Origin: Lytechinus pictus
Taxonomy: Eukaryota
Assembly (NCBI RefSeq): GCF_037042905.1
Contig: NC_087251.1
Location: 24,802,001 to 24,866,000 of the forward strand
Direction: 5' to 3'
Length of the DNA: 64,000 bases
The notes under the pieces are model-generated. The model made no database searches and was not told where the DNA came from. It saw only the letters and a list, made by a program, of their open reading frames with translations. The position numbers and the translations under genes are program-made. This document shows, one piece after another, positions 12,001 through 24,510 of this stretch (position 1 is its first letter; the number at the start of each line of letters is the position of its first letter).

Positions 12001-15000
12001 TACATACCACCATGCAAACCTTCAAACAACATCTAAGTTAAGTTTATTTAGAATAAGACTGTAGATTATGATTTCTGTTGTACAGAAATTAACAGCAACA
12101 TCTTTATCAAATGTGAAAAGTGCAGGGTAGATCTTTGCAACATACACGTATGAGGGAAATTTGGGTGATTTCAAGTTTATTGCTGACTTTTGGTGTTGGT
12201 GTTGGACCAATATTAGCACTGATTTTAAAGTGAAGCATATCGTAGGAAAATCTTACTAGGTGTTGAGCTGTAGATCAGTTTGTGATTTAGATCATTTTGT
12301 AACTCGCATTAGGTGTTTGAGGTGAGGAAGGCAACCTGAGTCGGGCCTCCAAAGTCAAATATGAGATCACACATTGTATTTAAATGGCCAGAGAAATTGC
12401 AGTGCTTCTTTGGGGTGTATTGACAAATGACAACTATGGGACATTATATTCTTAAATCCACTTCATATCTGAACAAAATCTTTTGTGGCTGCATTTGAAA
12501 TTTGATTTTATCTGTTCAGTCAAACCTGCTTTAGCAATCACATATAGTAAAGGAACCTGTAAAATCACCTTTCTTGTCTCTGGTGGGTAGTTTTACAGGT
12601 ATGTTTTGTAAGATGTTTGAATTTGACTTTTATAATAGAAGTCTAGTTTATCATTAATTTTGATCTAATTACTGTCACTTGATCATCCCTATAATAAAAA
12701 ATGCAATCATTGTCAAGTGAAGAAGGGACTTCAAGGATGATCAATAATTCCACACTAATATTATTAACTGCTCTTTATTGTGATTGCCTAAAGCATGGTC
12801 TGTTTAATGTGATTACCTAAGTATGCTCTCTTTATTGCGATTACCCAAAGCACGCTTATTTTTTCTTAATGTAGGATGAAGAGAAAGAGGAAGACAAGCA
12901 TCTAGACATGCCACCATCCTGGGTCAGTCCTTTGGAGCTATCTCTCAAGGAATTCCAGCATCGCTGTCCTCAGGGCAAGAAGACTCTCACCTACAAACGA
13001 GCCAAGCTAGAGAAGTTTGCCCACTATCTTATGAAAGATGGTCTTGTCATCAGGCTCTCTGTTTATCATGATAAAGAGAGTAAGTCAAGTCAGTATGGTT
13101 GTAGTTTTTTTTTACATTTCACTGTTTTCAAATGTTTGGTAAGAATTGTAATTTTTCCCCAGAAGAACACTATGTATTGATTTTTGGTAATGGTTGCCTT
13201 TTCTTTTGTTAGATCATTCTTGCATCATGTTGTAGAATTCATGATTACGTGATTATCTGTGACGGAATATATAACTTTTTTCCCAGTATATTTTAGTTCT
13301 CTATCCATCAAAAAATTACAATCAATTTAAATCAAGTGTTATTCATGTGTAATAAATGTAGCTTTTGTAGTTATTAATATCCTTTCTTATCTCCTTTGCA
13401 GTGAAAGATCTTATACAGGTAAAGGAGACCTTTTCACATCGAAGAGATAAACTTCACTTACGGGTGCACAACCACAGGACAGGTCTGATCACGGAGTATT
13501 ACCACCAGGGAAGACCATTACATCTTAAAGGTACTAACTACAGTCAATTATTGAAGCGTAATTGAAGCATGAGATAGTGGTGGCAAAATGTAGTGAAAAA
13601 TGAACTTAAATATGGGGTTACTCTGGGGAAAAAATCCCCAAAATAAATTGATTAACAACATATTTTTCTGAAGTCTTGAATTTTGTACAATGTTCCTTAT
13701 ACTGTATTTTGGAGATACCTATGTGTGGCATTATCTATTTTCCATAGATTTTTTCTTTGCTTGAATATTTCTTACTTTCTTTATCTGGTTTTGTTATCTT
13801 ATTGACAGAACAATCTTACGGTCAATGGCCTGACAGTGAACGTACCATGATCTTCTATCATCATGCTAGAGTAGATGGTTTGACAAGGCGAGAAGAGAAT
13901 GCACTAGAAATGACTGAACACTTTGATAACAGGGATGACTTCCTGTTATATCGTCATGTGGTGTTTGGTAAACGACTAAAGAAGCTAGAACCAGCTGGAA
14001 CCGCACCTTCATCAAATCCAAGACCCATCTTGGTAAGTCAACATCAATATATGTTTTATTCATTGCATTGGAAGTAATACGTTTGGGTTATTGTAATGAA
14101 TCTTTCACAGTGAGTAATACTCTTGCTGACTTCAAAAGGGAATCCGGCATAACCTCTAGGCAATTCTAGTGTAAAATCTGACCATAAAACTGCTGTGGAT
14201 AATTATTTCAATGCATCCATCATGTTACCCATAATTTTTTTCATTTTTGAGCATAAACTTTGCAATCTCACTTCACTGAGAGAAAAATACAAAATCATTA
14301 AAAGCACTGTTGTGATTGCTAGAAAATCAAATTGCAGTTAATTTGAAAGTTTTGTGCAACCTGACTCTGATCAGGTAAAAGGAAGAAAACTAAATGTTCA
14401 TAGTGTCCTAAGGTCAAACTCAAAATAAAAGCTTGTATTAACTTTTATATCTACTTGCAGAAAATCGTTGAGAAGTTCCGTCGGAACAAGGCCAAGAAAG
14501 CCAACGAGGATATCGCGGAATGCGTCTACCTCATCTCAGAAGACCGCATCCAGTTGACCTTCCATCATCAAGACGACAAGATCACCGCCTCCACCCGAGA
14601 CTTCATCAAACCACCCAATGCCAACGACAAAGGTGCAGTCTTGACCTTCTCACAGGATATTACCTCTACATTCAGGGTGGATCCCCTGGCTGCACCCCCA
14701 AAGGACCTGTTTATTTATAACCTATTGGTTGAGTTGGTAGACAAAGAGGACAAGACTGTACATAGTGTGAGAGAATCAGAGGATGAGGTATGTCACCTTG
14801 TTAATAATGATAATATAGGGCATTTGTAAAGAGCATATATCCACCTTGTTAGGTGCTCAAGGTGCTCCGATATTACCTCGGCTAAGCTGTCATTTGTGTT
14901 AATATTTACATTATTTTATATTCACTTCTATTTATATACTGTCTTATTGTTTTGTTTAAAGCATGTAAAATTTCTGCTCATGCTTTATATATTATTTCAT

Positions 15001-18000
15001 TGATATTATTTTCACACTACTTGTAAAATATCTCACTTTAGTATTGATTAAAAATAAGGATTAAAAATAAATCAACTACAATATACTTAATAAAAATAAA
15101 AAAGATAAATAAATGATGTGCAGTGTTGAGGAAACATTATTGATGGCTGCAAATTGAAATTACCCAAATATGACCATGGCAATTGCAATTTCAGTTTCAA
15201 TCAATTTATAATAATGCAATCAGAAACCTTTCAACAGTTACAAATGACTTGCTTTTTATAGCAGTTGATTATAATATGAATGATTTTAACTATCTTGACA
15301 TTATTAGGTATGCTCATTTTGTGTAGAATCTGATCCCTCGATCATGTCCTATTTGTTTTATGATACAATCTTTATTTCATCCAACAATTACCTCAACTTT
15401 AAAAGTTGTTTTCCTTTGAAAGATTCACCAAGACTGATGTCTGTACATCATAAATGATTTCTTTGTAATGTTCACAGGTAAAAGAAATTCTGTCAGAAAG
15501 AAAAGAGGAGGAGGTTCGGTCAGAACTGGACATATCTGTTTATGATACAGAACGTAATGAGAAAGCAAAACAACATCGGATTGAAAGGGTAAGTACAACA
15601 TGGATTTTTTTCCCCCCTCATTTTACCTTTTTTACATCATGTCTTTCACTAATTTTTTCTTCTTTTAACTAAATTAAGTTGCCCTTTCAGTCTGTTATGA
15701 AAATAACTAAGAGAGTACAGTGATTTCAAGTTTCTATAGAGCCTGAATCAAGCTCAAACACCAAAATTGCAAATACCAAAAAAAAAAATTAATAGCATTA
15801 TTGATATCTCAATAGAGTCTTGTCCGTCCCAGTGCTAGTCTTTTTTTGAGGCAAGTTAGCATTCTGTCATTGATTCCACTGACAAGACACTTCATGAAAT
15901 GCTCCCCAAGTTTGATACTGTATCATGGCTGATATAAAAATGACCCCTACACCTACACCAGTTCCTAACACCAACACCAGTTGTCAACACCAAATTTGAA
16001 ATTACCGATGATGCTGCATCATGATGACAAATAATGTAAATGCCTTCAGAATAATGTGTCCTTCAACATTGTGTGAACTGTGTGAAGGGGATTAGTGGGT
16101 TATGGTATCCTTGAACTAATGAATGTTGAAGCACGTGCAGAACTCATCACTTGAATATAAACTCTACTCAATGATACATGATCATGAAGCACAATGATGA
16201 CTCGCTACAAATAATGATTCATGATGATATACAGTATTGAATGATTTTTTAAATTCTTATTTCCATAGTTATCTTTTAACTCAAAAATTATTTCGTTCTA
16301 CTTCTCCATCTTAATTTCGGTAACAGAAAACATAAAGAGGCACATCAATTATTTTCCTACTTTTTAAATTGATTTAAGAGGCATCGCTGATAATTATAAT
16401 TACTATTGTTTTTGTTTCAGTGTAAATTTTTATTCATTTATTTTTTTATTCATGTCCCGCTCTCTTTTTAATTTGGCCCATACTGTACATATTCATCCCT
16501 GATCATTTTCTATTTTCTTCAGGAGAGACTTCAGATGGAAGAAAAGAAGCGTAGAGAGGAGATGGAGCTGGACTACCTTGCCCCGTTCCTGGCCCAGATT
16601 GGAGACCCGGAAAAACTGAACCGACAGCAAGCCTTGAAGCTCAAAGAAGATTGCCTAGCAGACCTCAAGATGAGACTCATTGACAAAGCTAACCTGATTC
16701 AATCCAGATTTGAAAAGGTAAGATACCAAATTATTAACAGTTCAGAATCTACCCCTCCCCACTCCCTGTACATCATCAATGATATTTCAAAATTTGATTG
16801 CTTCATGAAATCAATCGAAGAGTTTCATCAAGTTCACATGCATTTCCACATTATTTCAAGGAGGATCTCATTTCCATCAGCTTCTTCCTCTACTATCTTC
16901 ATGTACTGCAATCAATGTGTCTTCTAAATTCTAGGGGACAAGCTTCATTTTGTTTTTGATTTAGAGCTGCACAATGTGATTGAAATATGGTGACCTGAAA
17001 AACTGAAATGAGTGAATAATTAATTGTATTCATTACACTATATATGTCACCTCATGATATGGTAGCAAAAAAAATGATTGTCACTATGTGGCATACAAAA
17101 AATACCATCTCAAGTTATTAAAAATTAGTGAAAGAAGCCATGCTCGTTTTACATTCTGTATATTACCCTAATCTAACTCATCAGGGTCCAAGTGGGAGGA
17201 TTATAAAAATAATCAGCTCCAATCAACTTTTACTCCCACTCCATGCACCTTGACTGAAGACTGAATATGTGGCATAATTTCTTTGCTGCAGCTGAATTAT
17301 ATATTTTATATAAACAATTTTTAAACATTTGTTTATGGGTCACTGTTTATTGCCTTATTGTGATATTTACAGGTGATGAAATAAGAATATCCAGGTATGG
17401 AGCCCAGTTCAGGTCTTAAAAGTGAAGAATTACCTAGAATATTTATTTGATGTAATGTTTTATTTGATAACTTCCAGTTTGCAGTCATATGATAACATAT
17501 ATAATTGCCTATCTTTTTAGGAAACCGTTGAACTTCATAAGAAACAGACTTGGTATCAGAACAACCAGATGAACATGCAGAAAGAAGATGAAGAGGAGTA
17601 TCTAGAGTATTGCAGTGAAGCAATGTTCCGCATTCACATCCTGGAGCTCAGACTCAACAGGTAAGTCAGAAGGCTTTTATCAATGGCATGTTACACGATA
17701 CAGTTAGAAGCCATTGAAATCTTTCAATTTGATTGGATTAGAGCAGCTTTGTCATAGATTTCTATCATTTATCATTGAAAGGTTTTGTGAAATGCTTCCC
17801 AGATTTCCTGTGTACATTGGCCCAGATTTTACTTATGTGGATGTAATCGGTTTCTTTATTTGTTCACAATTCTGTGGAATTAGTCAATCTTTGCCAATAC
17901 AATTAGAAATTGGGGCACATGAATTTGACTGTAGTGGACCAAAAATATGAAATCAAAAGATTCTAAAGGGCATTTTGTGTTTCTCCAATACTTCTAACTT

Positions 18001-18262
18001 AAAAACTGAAGTTTTTCATTGTAAATTTTAGTGTTTTGAGACTTTGGAATCAATATACTGCTTTTCATAATGTGCTTTAATCTTTCTCTTGTCATATTAC
18101 TAATTTATGTGCTTGGTCTGAATCTTCTAGATATGACAAGTGTTTCAACATCTTGAATTATTAATCTTATATTTATTCAGGCACAAGGAGATGGCACCTC
18201 ATAAATACATGGCACTTGATCAGAAGCTGAAAACTGACCAAAGATTGTCCGAATTCTTCTGA
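6024..18262 (+). CDS. DRC7: Dynein regulatory complex subunit 7 (CCDC135), 14 coding exons, 858 aa
   Basis: Exons with GT-AG boundaries and consistent phases: 6024-6199, 8045-8339, 8842-9036, 9453-9611, 10088-10306, 11358-11477, 12875-13079, 13402-13530, 13809-14032, 14461-14787, 15478-15588, 16523-16717, 17521-17660, 18181-18262 (2577 nt). Recognisable motifs: ENFRRQYVHLYRDRKPLLLCPLNECGVEKFVCTTIRPT, GNCFEMSTLLCSLLLGAGYDAYVVCGYA, LRVHCWVLVLSGKREV, WNNHNYWVNMQ, DYLAPFL, RLIDKANLIQSRFEKE, AMFRIHILELRL. Confidence 0.95.
6373..6524. repeat. Inverted repeat / MITE fragment in DRC7 intron 1
   Basis: ACCAAAATCATTAAATTTGGATAATGGGATCATG (6373-6406) versus its reverse complement at 6491-6524, one mismatch. 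Confidence 0.65.
7375..7752. mobile_element. Degenerate fold-back MITE in DRC7 intron 1
   Basis: Patchy inverted symmetry: AGAGGTCT/AGACCTCT, GAGTCCCAA...AAGGTAAG/CTTACCTT...TTGGGACTC, TGAAGTGAAC/GTTCACTTCA, ATGGAAC/GTTCCAT. Confidence 0.55.
10668..10845. mobile_element. Palindromic MITE with GGGGCC termini (Harbinger-like)
   Basis: GGGGCCGTTTCGTAAAGCTGTTCGTAAGTTAAGA...TCTTAACTTACGAACTTTATGAAATGGCCCC. Related copies at about 10357-10666, 32238-32405, and split across 44441-44519 / 52760-52850. Confidence 0.75.
11491..12033 (+). mobile_element. Penelope-like retroelement remnant: inverted pseudo-LTR hairpin with minimal hammerhead-like motif
   Basis: 12-bp TSD TAAGTTAAGTTT (11479-11490, 12034-12045). 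Perfect 225-bp inverted arms (11490-11714 / 11769-11993). The 54-nt spacer contains CTGAAGA-C-GGACAG-TCAAC-CTGCCC-GAAA-CGTC. Confidence 0.7.
11715..11760 (+). ncRNA. Minimal hammerhead-ribozyme-like motif
   Basis: Core CUGAAGA 11723-11729, stem II GGACAG/CUGCCC (one mismatch), GAAA 11748-11751, palindromic ACGU in place of stem III, GUC cleavage triplet ending at 11755. Stem I is weak. Confidence 0.55.
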
Positions 18263-19209
18263 GCGCTGATGGACGATTGGACCTAGAAACTGAACCACTC
18301 ACACTTTTGTTATCCTTATAAGAACTGAACTACTGAGGCCCAGAAGACAACGCTCAGTGATATTAAGCCTATTTGAAAGGCTTTATTGCATATAATGATC
18401 AGTTGGATCAATCTTAGAAATGTCCAATGATCGAATGCTTAGCTTTGTGTTATGGGGCCCTGGTAGCCTGTCTACTTCCAAGACTGCACTTTCCTAGTAT
18501 TTGATGTCATCGTCCATAAAAGAAACATCCCATCATTGCATTCTTCCGAACATATCAGACACAAATTTATTCTGAAATTATTGAAAGTACATAGGCTATA
18601 ATTGACTTGCTCAAAAGGTAGTCATATGATTTCCACAACCAGCCTAATATTAGGATTGGTGCTGTGACTACAAATCCTATTATTTTGTAGCCATTCCTAA
18701 ATAGAGTATCTCAAAAATTATATCCTACAATTCTGTAACTGTTCTTAATTCTTTCTTTGATATTCCGTCCAAAATGTGTAATATCTGTGCTTCTTTAATT
18801 TCTGTGCATTTGGTTTTCACATCTTTGTATTTTTATTAACAGATTGCAAGTTGAATTTTGTTATGAATCACCATTCACTGAATGGCTTTTGAATACCCTT
18901 TTACAAAGTAAATCTTAAAACTTTGGTTTTGGTTCATGATTTATCTTGAAAAAGGATATTTGTAAAATGGTCTAATAACAGGTGTGTGATGAAAATTAGG
19001 ACGGAAACACCTTGAAAACTAAGTTTATGCATATCTAGGTATGTAAATATACCTTCTCTACATTGTGTTGCATGATTTACACATGGAATATCAAGATATG
19101 TTAAAGATGGATGTGTATATATACATGTATGTAAATTCTTTTGCTAGAGATATTTGTATTTTGTGAATGGAATTGTAAGTATATATTGTATATCAAAGGA
19201 CTGTATGAA

Positions 19210-19215
19210 AATAAA
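19210..19215 (+). terminator. Candidate DRC7 polyadenylation signal
   Basis: AATAAA about 950 nt after the stop codon, followed by T/GT-rich sequence. Confidence 0.45.
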
Positions 19216-20663
19216 TTATGGAAAATATTGCATATCTTATTTGTTTGATGTCAGGTTCTTTTTAATACAAAATGTTGTTGAGAAGATAATTTGATATTCA
19301 AAATGAATTGAAGATTGGGTGAATGACAAAAATTATGATGGGGAATTTTTTCTACTTACAGAATTGAAATTGGACAGAGTAATTTGATTTGTCATTCATA
19401 ACATTCAGGACTTTTGTGATTATCTTTTCATTTCTTGCTCTCTTCACTCATCTCTGTTTTATCATAAAAGTATTATATGATTGGGGGGGGTGGGGCACTC
19501 ATGAGGCTCTTTGTAAAATTACAAATGTTTTGACAAAAAATTAATATTGCAAGGCAAAGTTACTATCATCAAAAACATGTTTTTGCCACTCTTTTAAAGG
19601 AGTACTGTACTGGAAATGTAGACAAAATTCAGGAGACCATTAAGGGAAAACTCATCTCAGTCATGTTAATCATCCATAACTTTACAAATAGCTTTAGAGT
19701 TTATGAAACGGTTTTGCAAAAAATGATCAGCTTAATTTACCAGGAGCAGAGAAGAACCCTTCCTGCCAAAAAAATAAAATAAAATGTCCATCTTCAATTC
19801 TTCCAAATCATTAAAAAAGACACTTCATACAGTTACTGCTATTGCACAAAAGTGAATAAAACTTTTATTTACAAAAATACAGAGAATCTTTTTGGTACAA
19901 ATGAAAGACTGAATATTCACCGTTATCAAAAGTAATTTTGAATAACTTTTGAATTTGTGAACTCTTCCTTCAATATAAATTTCACTTATCAATCTCCAAT
20001 GGTTTGATATAAAAGATAAATAGTTGTTAGCACCCAGTGTACCCTGTATAGGAGGCATGAAAAAAAAATACAAAAATCAACTACTTTGACAGACACAGTG
20101 TTCAAGCTCACTGTTCCTTTTAAAGGTTAACATGAGATATTTGACCATCTAGTTTAAAATAATCCTTAGTATTTATTAATAAATTATGACGTAACGCTGC
20201 TTTAGTCACACTGCACATCATTATCAAAGTTTCACCTCTCGCCATTCGAGACATATCTTGCCCAAGTACTTCATTTCTGAAATGTTTACTTCAATCAGCT
20301 CAGAAGGGCTTGAAGATTCTTGTTCATACAGAAAATTTGTGTGTAACTTAAAATTGTTTTTTCATCAGCAATATTTCTCTGGAATTAAGTTCACGGGGAA
20401 AAAAGAGTTTAAACGTGATTTTTATATTTTAGATCAACAAATTAAAAAATTGGATGGCATGAAATGGGCCAGCTATACAGTTCTGGAAAACACCCTGAAT
20501 GGTCAACTCCATCCTTGATAGATTTTTTTCACTTACTAAATACTATGCATTAATGGTTTAACATGACAAGGCACTAATTCGAACAATTCTCAGTCTATTA
20601 ATTGTGGAGAGACACCTTTTCACATTTTAAAGAGGGAAAGGGTGAGAGAAATAGTACATCAGA

Positions 20664-20927
20664 GGCCCATCTTACAAAGAGTTACGATTGATCCAATCAA
20701 TCGTAACTATGGAAATCCATCAGTGTCATAATCCTTTCTACAGGAAATTTGCACAATGTCCTTTGTAAACAAAGGGAAGCAGTGAATTTTCAAGAAAACA
20801 ATGAATGCATGAAAATACATCATAGCTAGAAATTTTTTTGAACACATGCATAGTAGATGTTGATGTCGCTGGCCGTCCATAGTTGTGATTGATCGGATCA
20901 ATTGCAACTCTTTGTAAGACGGGGCCC
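20664..20927. mobile_element. MITE with roughly 50-bp imperfect TIRs
   Basis: GGCCCATCTTACAAAGAGTTACGATTGATCCAATCAATCGTAACTATGGA ... TCCATAGTTGTGATTGATCGGATCAATTGCAACTCTTTGTAAGACGGGGCCC. Confidence 0.8.
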
Positions 20928-23302
20928 ACAAAGATAGAAGGAAAGGTCATAAACTGGGATGAGAGAAAATGAAAAGAAGAAAGATGGAATGGAAATATTC
21001 CTTTTTCAATATATTTATAGGTAAATAATCACATACCACAAAAAATGGTGAAAAGTAACTCAGCAATGTAGACACCTTTCCTCAGTTCTGCTTTGGAGAG
21101 ATAGCTACATCCAAAATTACTTCCAAATAATAGTTTGTCTCTTCACTTTCATCAACAGTAATTAATTGCTTACTTACAATGTCGCTAGTATCTGTGCTTG
21201 AATTAAAACATCAATGCATTCCAAAAACCAGCATGACATAGCTAATTTAAAAACGTGTTTACATAGGAAATTGGGTACCAGATGAGAAACAAATACATGT
21301 AATTGTAAAAGCTCAAATGAAAGTAAATGAAAAGAAGGCAAGACTATAGCAAGAAGAAAATTAACATTGTGAAAGAAAAAAATGATGACAGGTCATGACA
21401 TAGAAATTACATGTGTAAGAACATCTGTAATACTAATAATATGCATCAATAGGGTACAATTATTGTATCAGATTGTAATTTTACAACAAAACAAAACTAA
21501 TATATTCAATGTATACATCTCTGGGTAAAAGCTTAATCATTCATAACTCTTGCAACAAGAATTCTGCATTTTGTTCATTCTCAAAGTTGACTATTTGATC
21601 AAGGGTTTGACTTCGATACATTCTCATCAAAACAAATCACAAAATCTAGACACTGTATACATTTTCTCTAAAATAAATGATAGCAAATCCAGCTAGTTGT
21701 TTTGTCTGTCAAAGAATAAGACTTCAAATGAAGCTCAGAGATACGAAATACTGAACGAAACTATGAAAGAAAAAAAAATGTATATCATACTGCTGCTGAA
21801 ATAGGACAGCAGCCTAGTTAATAGCTGTTAATGGTAAGTAGACTGCCAAATGACAGGAAAGCTTCAATTTACTGTAATTCTAACAGCCCTCTCCATGAAG
21901 AACTTCCTCACTTACCCCCAAACCAGCGGTCAGGTTTAAGTAGGATTAACTCTTCTGAGCCACCCACAATGATCGTCTGTCACCAAAGTCCTCATTCACA
22001 TTCACTGTGAAAACCCAACCAGTGTTCTGCGATAGCGAAATACAGTAATACAACTTTGTGTCAAAACCATTTCCCATGTAATGTCTTAAAACTTAAATGT
22101 ATGCAGAGTTCTTAGAAGTAAGATTTTTTTTGTCACTGCATACTATGTAATTATCAATGGCGAATGTTTCCACCAATGAGACAACTTCAATGTATATCTT
22201 GAGTTTGATAGAATGTGGAGCACTGTTACCACGGTAGACATCACTGATAATGTGTATGTACCTGGGCATGGTTACATGAAACTTGTGATTAATCTCAAGT
22301 CACAAGATCGACGAATATTATAATCTATTGAATTCCAGCAATTTACTGGCAGTGATCACATTAATGGTACAATTCTTATTCTTCATGATCAGTGTTATCA
22401 ATAACAAATGCAAAAAAAAAATCTCATAGGCAAATCAGATTGCACCCTTTAGTAGCTTGTAACAATTGCCGGTTATAAGCCATTGATTAAATGCTGTATG
22501 CATTAGACACATGGTCGAATTCTTTCAGGCAGCATTGTGCAGTCTAATCTATCCAGTCATTCATCATTCACTTGTAATAACCAGACATTTGTTAAAGCTA
22601 AATATCCAATTTCATTTTTCATCCAATGAAGAGTATAAATTTTCTGTTTTAGTTAGGAATACAGTTACCACCATAACATAAAGCTACTTTACAACTGACT
22701 CCTTTGCCCAATACAATCTTTCTGCTTTACTCCTAGATTGTTACCTTTGAGAGCAAAATAATCATGGATGGCAAGTTGTATGCAACTGGGCTCCAGACTG
22801 CAAGAAACACATTTGGGATATCCACACTCGGTTCAAAAGTGTTCAAACTTTCTATTCATGTCCACATTGAACTTGCTACACCTGGAGTGAGTGTGTGAAC
22901 AAGGTGTAATCGAGTTGGCTTCAATTTGTGTCATTCACTTACAGACTCAATCAATCCTCTAATCTCAGTCACTTTGGCAGAAAAGTTTGGTTTACAACTA
23001 CTGCTCCATCTCTTACTCAAATACTCTACTTCTTGAAAATTTGCCAAGAGTAAAGTGTTGTAAAACAGGCACTTGTGTCACTAATTACAAAGCTTGAATT
23101 AATTTTATACTACCAATAAGAATGACAGAACACAATGACCATTCTCTGGTATGAGTAACAATCATGTAGAGATATACTCAATTGATGATTTCTATCATTG
23201 CATATAATTGACTAAGTATGCCTTTACAGGCATCTACTATAAGAATAAGACTAAAATCTAGATTTTAGAATGTAAATCAAATATAATGAAAATTCAAGGT
23301 AT

Positions 23303-24510
23303 TGTAACATAACTACCTCATGGCCGGTAGAAGGCCGGGCCTTGATTTTTTTTTAAATTATAGTTGATATATATTCTATTGTTAGAGCCGGTGTATAGCA
23401 ACATAGCCTTCAGGCTAAACTTCAGCCTAGTACGAGTTGGCCTATGAATTAGCCTATACACAAGAGACAAGCCTATGCACACAATTACTAGAGCCTGTGC
23501 ATAGCGACATAGTTATATAGCCTATACAGATAGCCTAGCGACATAGTTATATAGCCTATACAGATAGCCTACACGTTATCCTACGAATTAGCCTACACAC
23601 CTGAGGTATAGCTTATATGTGCTCACGGATGGCCAAGGGGTAGCATTTTGTTCCAGGGTCATAGTGGGGACAAGTGCCAGGGTACCACCTGGTCAGAAAG
23701 CTGTGCTTCCATATCACACTACCGGGGTATCAACTGGGTCAGGTCCCGCCATCATAAAACCATCGGACAATGGTGAACTGCTATGCAAGGGGATTTTGGT
23801 TACACGTGTAGTAGTAGAGACTAAAGAAACAACCGTACCCATCTGAGTTTTCAACTCAGGAACCAAGTCATGTAGGATACGCACTTGCGGCCACACAGAG
23901 GTACCCTGGTAGGCCATCTCTCGCCAATTAGGAAGGCATATTTAGAGGAATCGGCAGACAATGCTCTACCATCAGATGTTAATCATGCAGTCCCTGAACA
24001 TCACACAGATCTCTCCAAAAGGAGTAAGGAGGTACCATAGATTTCCACCAAAGGAGCAAGAAGAGATCGACGGTCCGATCCAGGGTATGCTTGCCAATGA
24101 CAGCACAGAGCGTTCTGATAGTCCTTGGTCATTAAATGTTGTACTTGTGAAGAAAAAAGAGGGGTCAGAGAGATTTTGCATTGCCAGATAAGTCATCCCT
24201 CTTATCAATGACTCGCTTGATACATTTAGAGGCGCAAGATGGTTTTCCACTCTGGACCTGGCCTCAGGATACTGGCAGGAGGAGCTGGACGAGAAAGAAC
24301 AAAGGAAGCAACAGAGAAAAAAATGCTCGACCAACATAGCAGAGATGCTAGTGGAAAGTGAAGACAAAAGAAATTGATATCACAGGAGATTCCATGCAAA
24401 TGGGTCCCAATGATATGATGGAAGAGGGTGAAGGAGTAGAAAATCAGAACTGGGTTCTGTGAGACCGCCTAAGAGGCAGAACGCAACCCTGGCAGAGCCC
24501 TGTTATGTAC
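23303..24510 (+). mobile_element. Decayed, internally deleted Ty3/Gypsy fragment (RT remnants)
   Basis: Frameshifted RT pieces SDSPWSLNVVLVKKKEGSERFCI and PLINDSLDTFRGARWFSTLDLASGYWQ (about 24110-24280), homologous to the intact pol in this window. A protease-RT linker-like remnant lies at 23619-23880. Boundaries are approximate. Confidence 0.75.
23502..23569 (+). repeat. 34-bp tandem duplication within a TAGCCTA-rich tract
   Basis: TAGCGACATAGTTATATAGCCTATACAGATAGCC twice. Confidence 0.8.

Noticed and set aside
11499..12064. ORFs 11499-11720 (-) and 11672-12064 (+) as genes
   Set aside because: They are low-complexity translations of the two arms of the inverted repeat.
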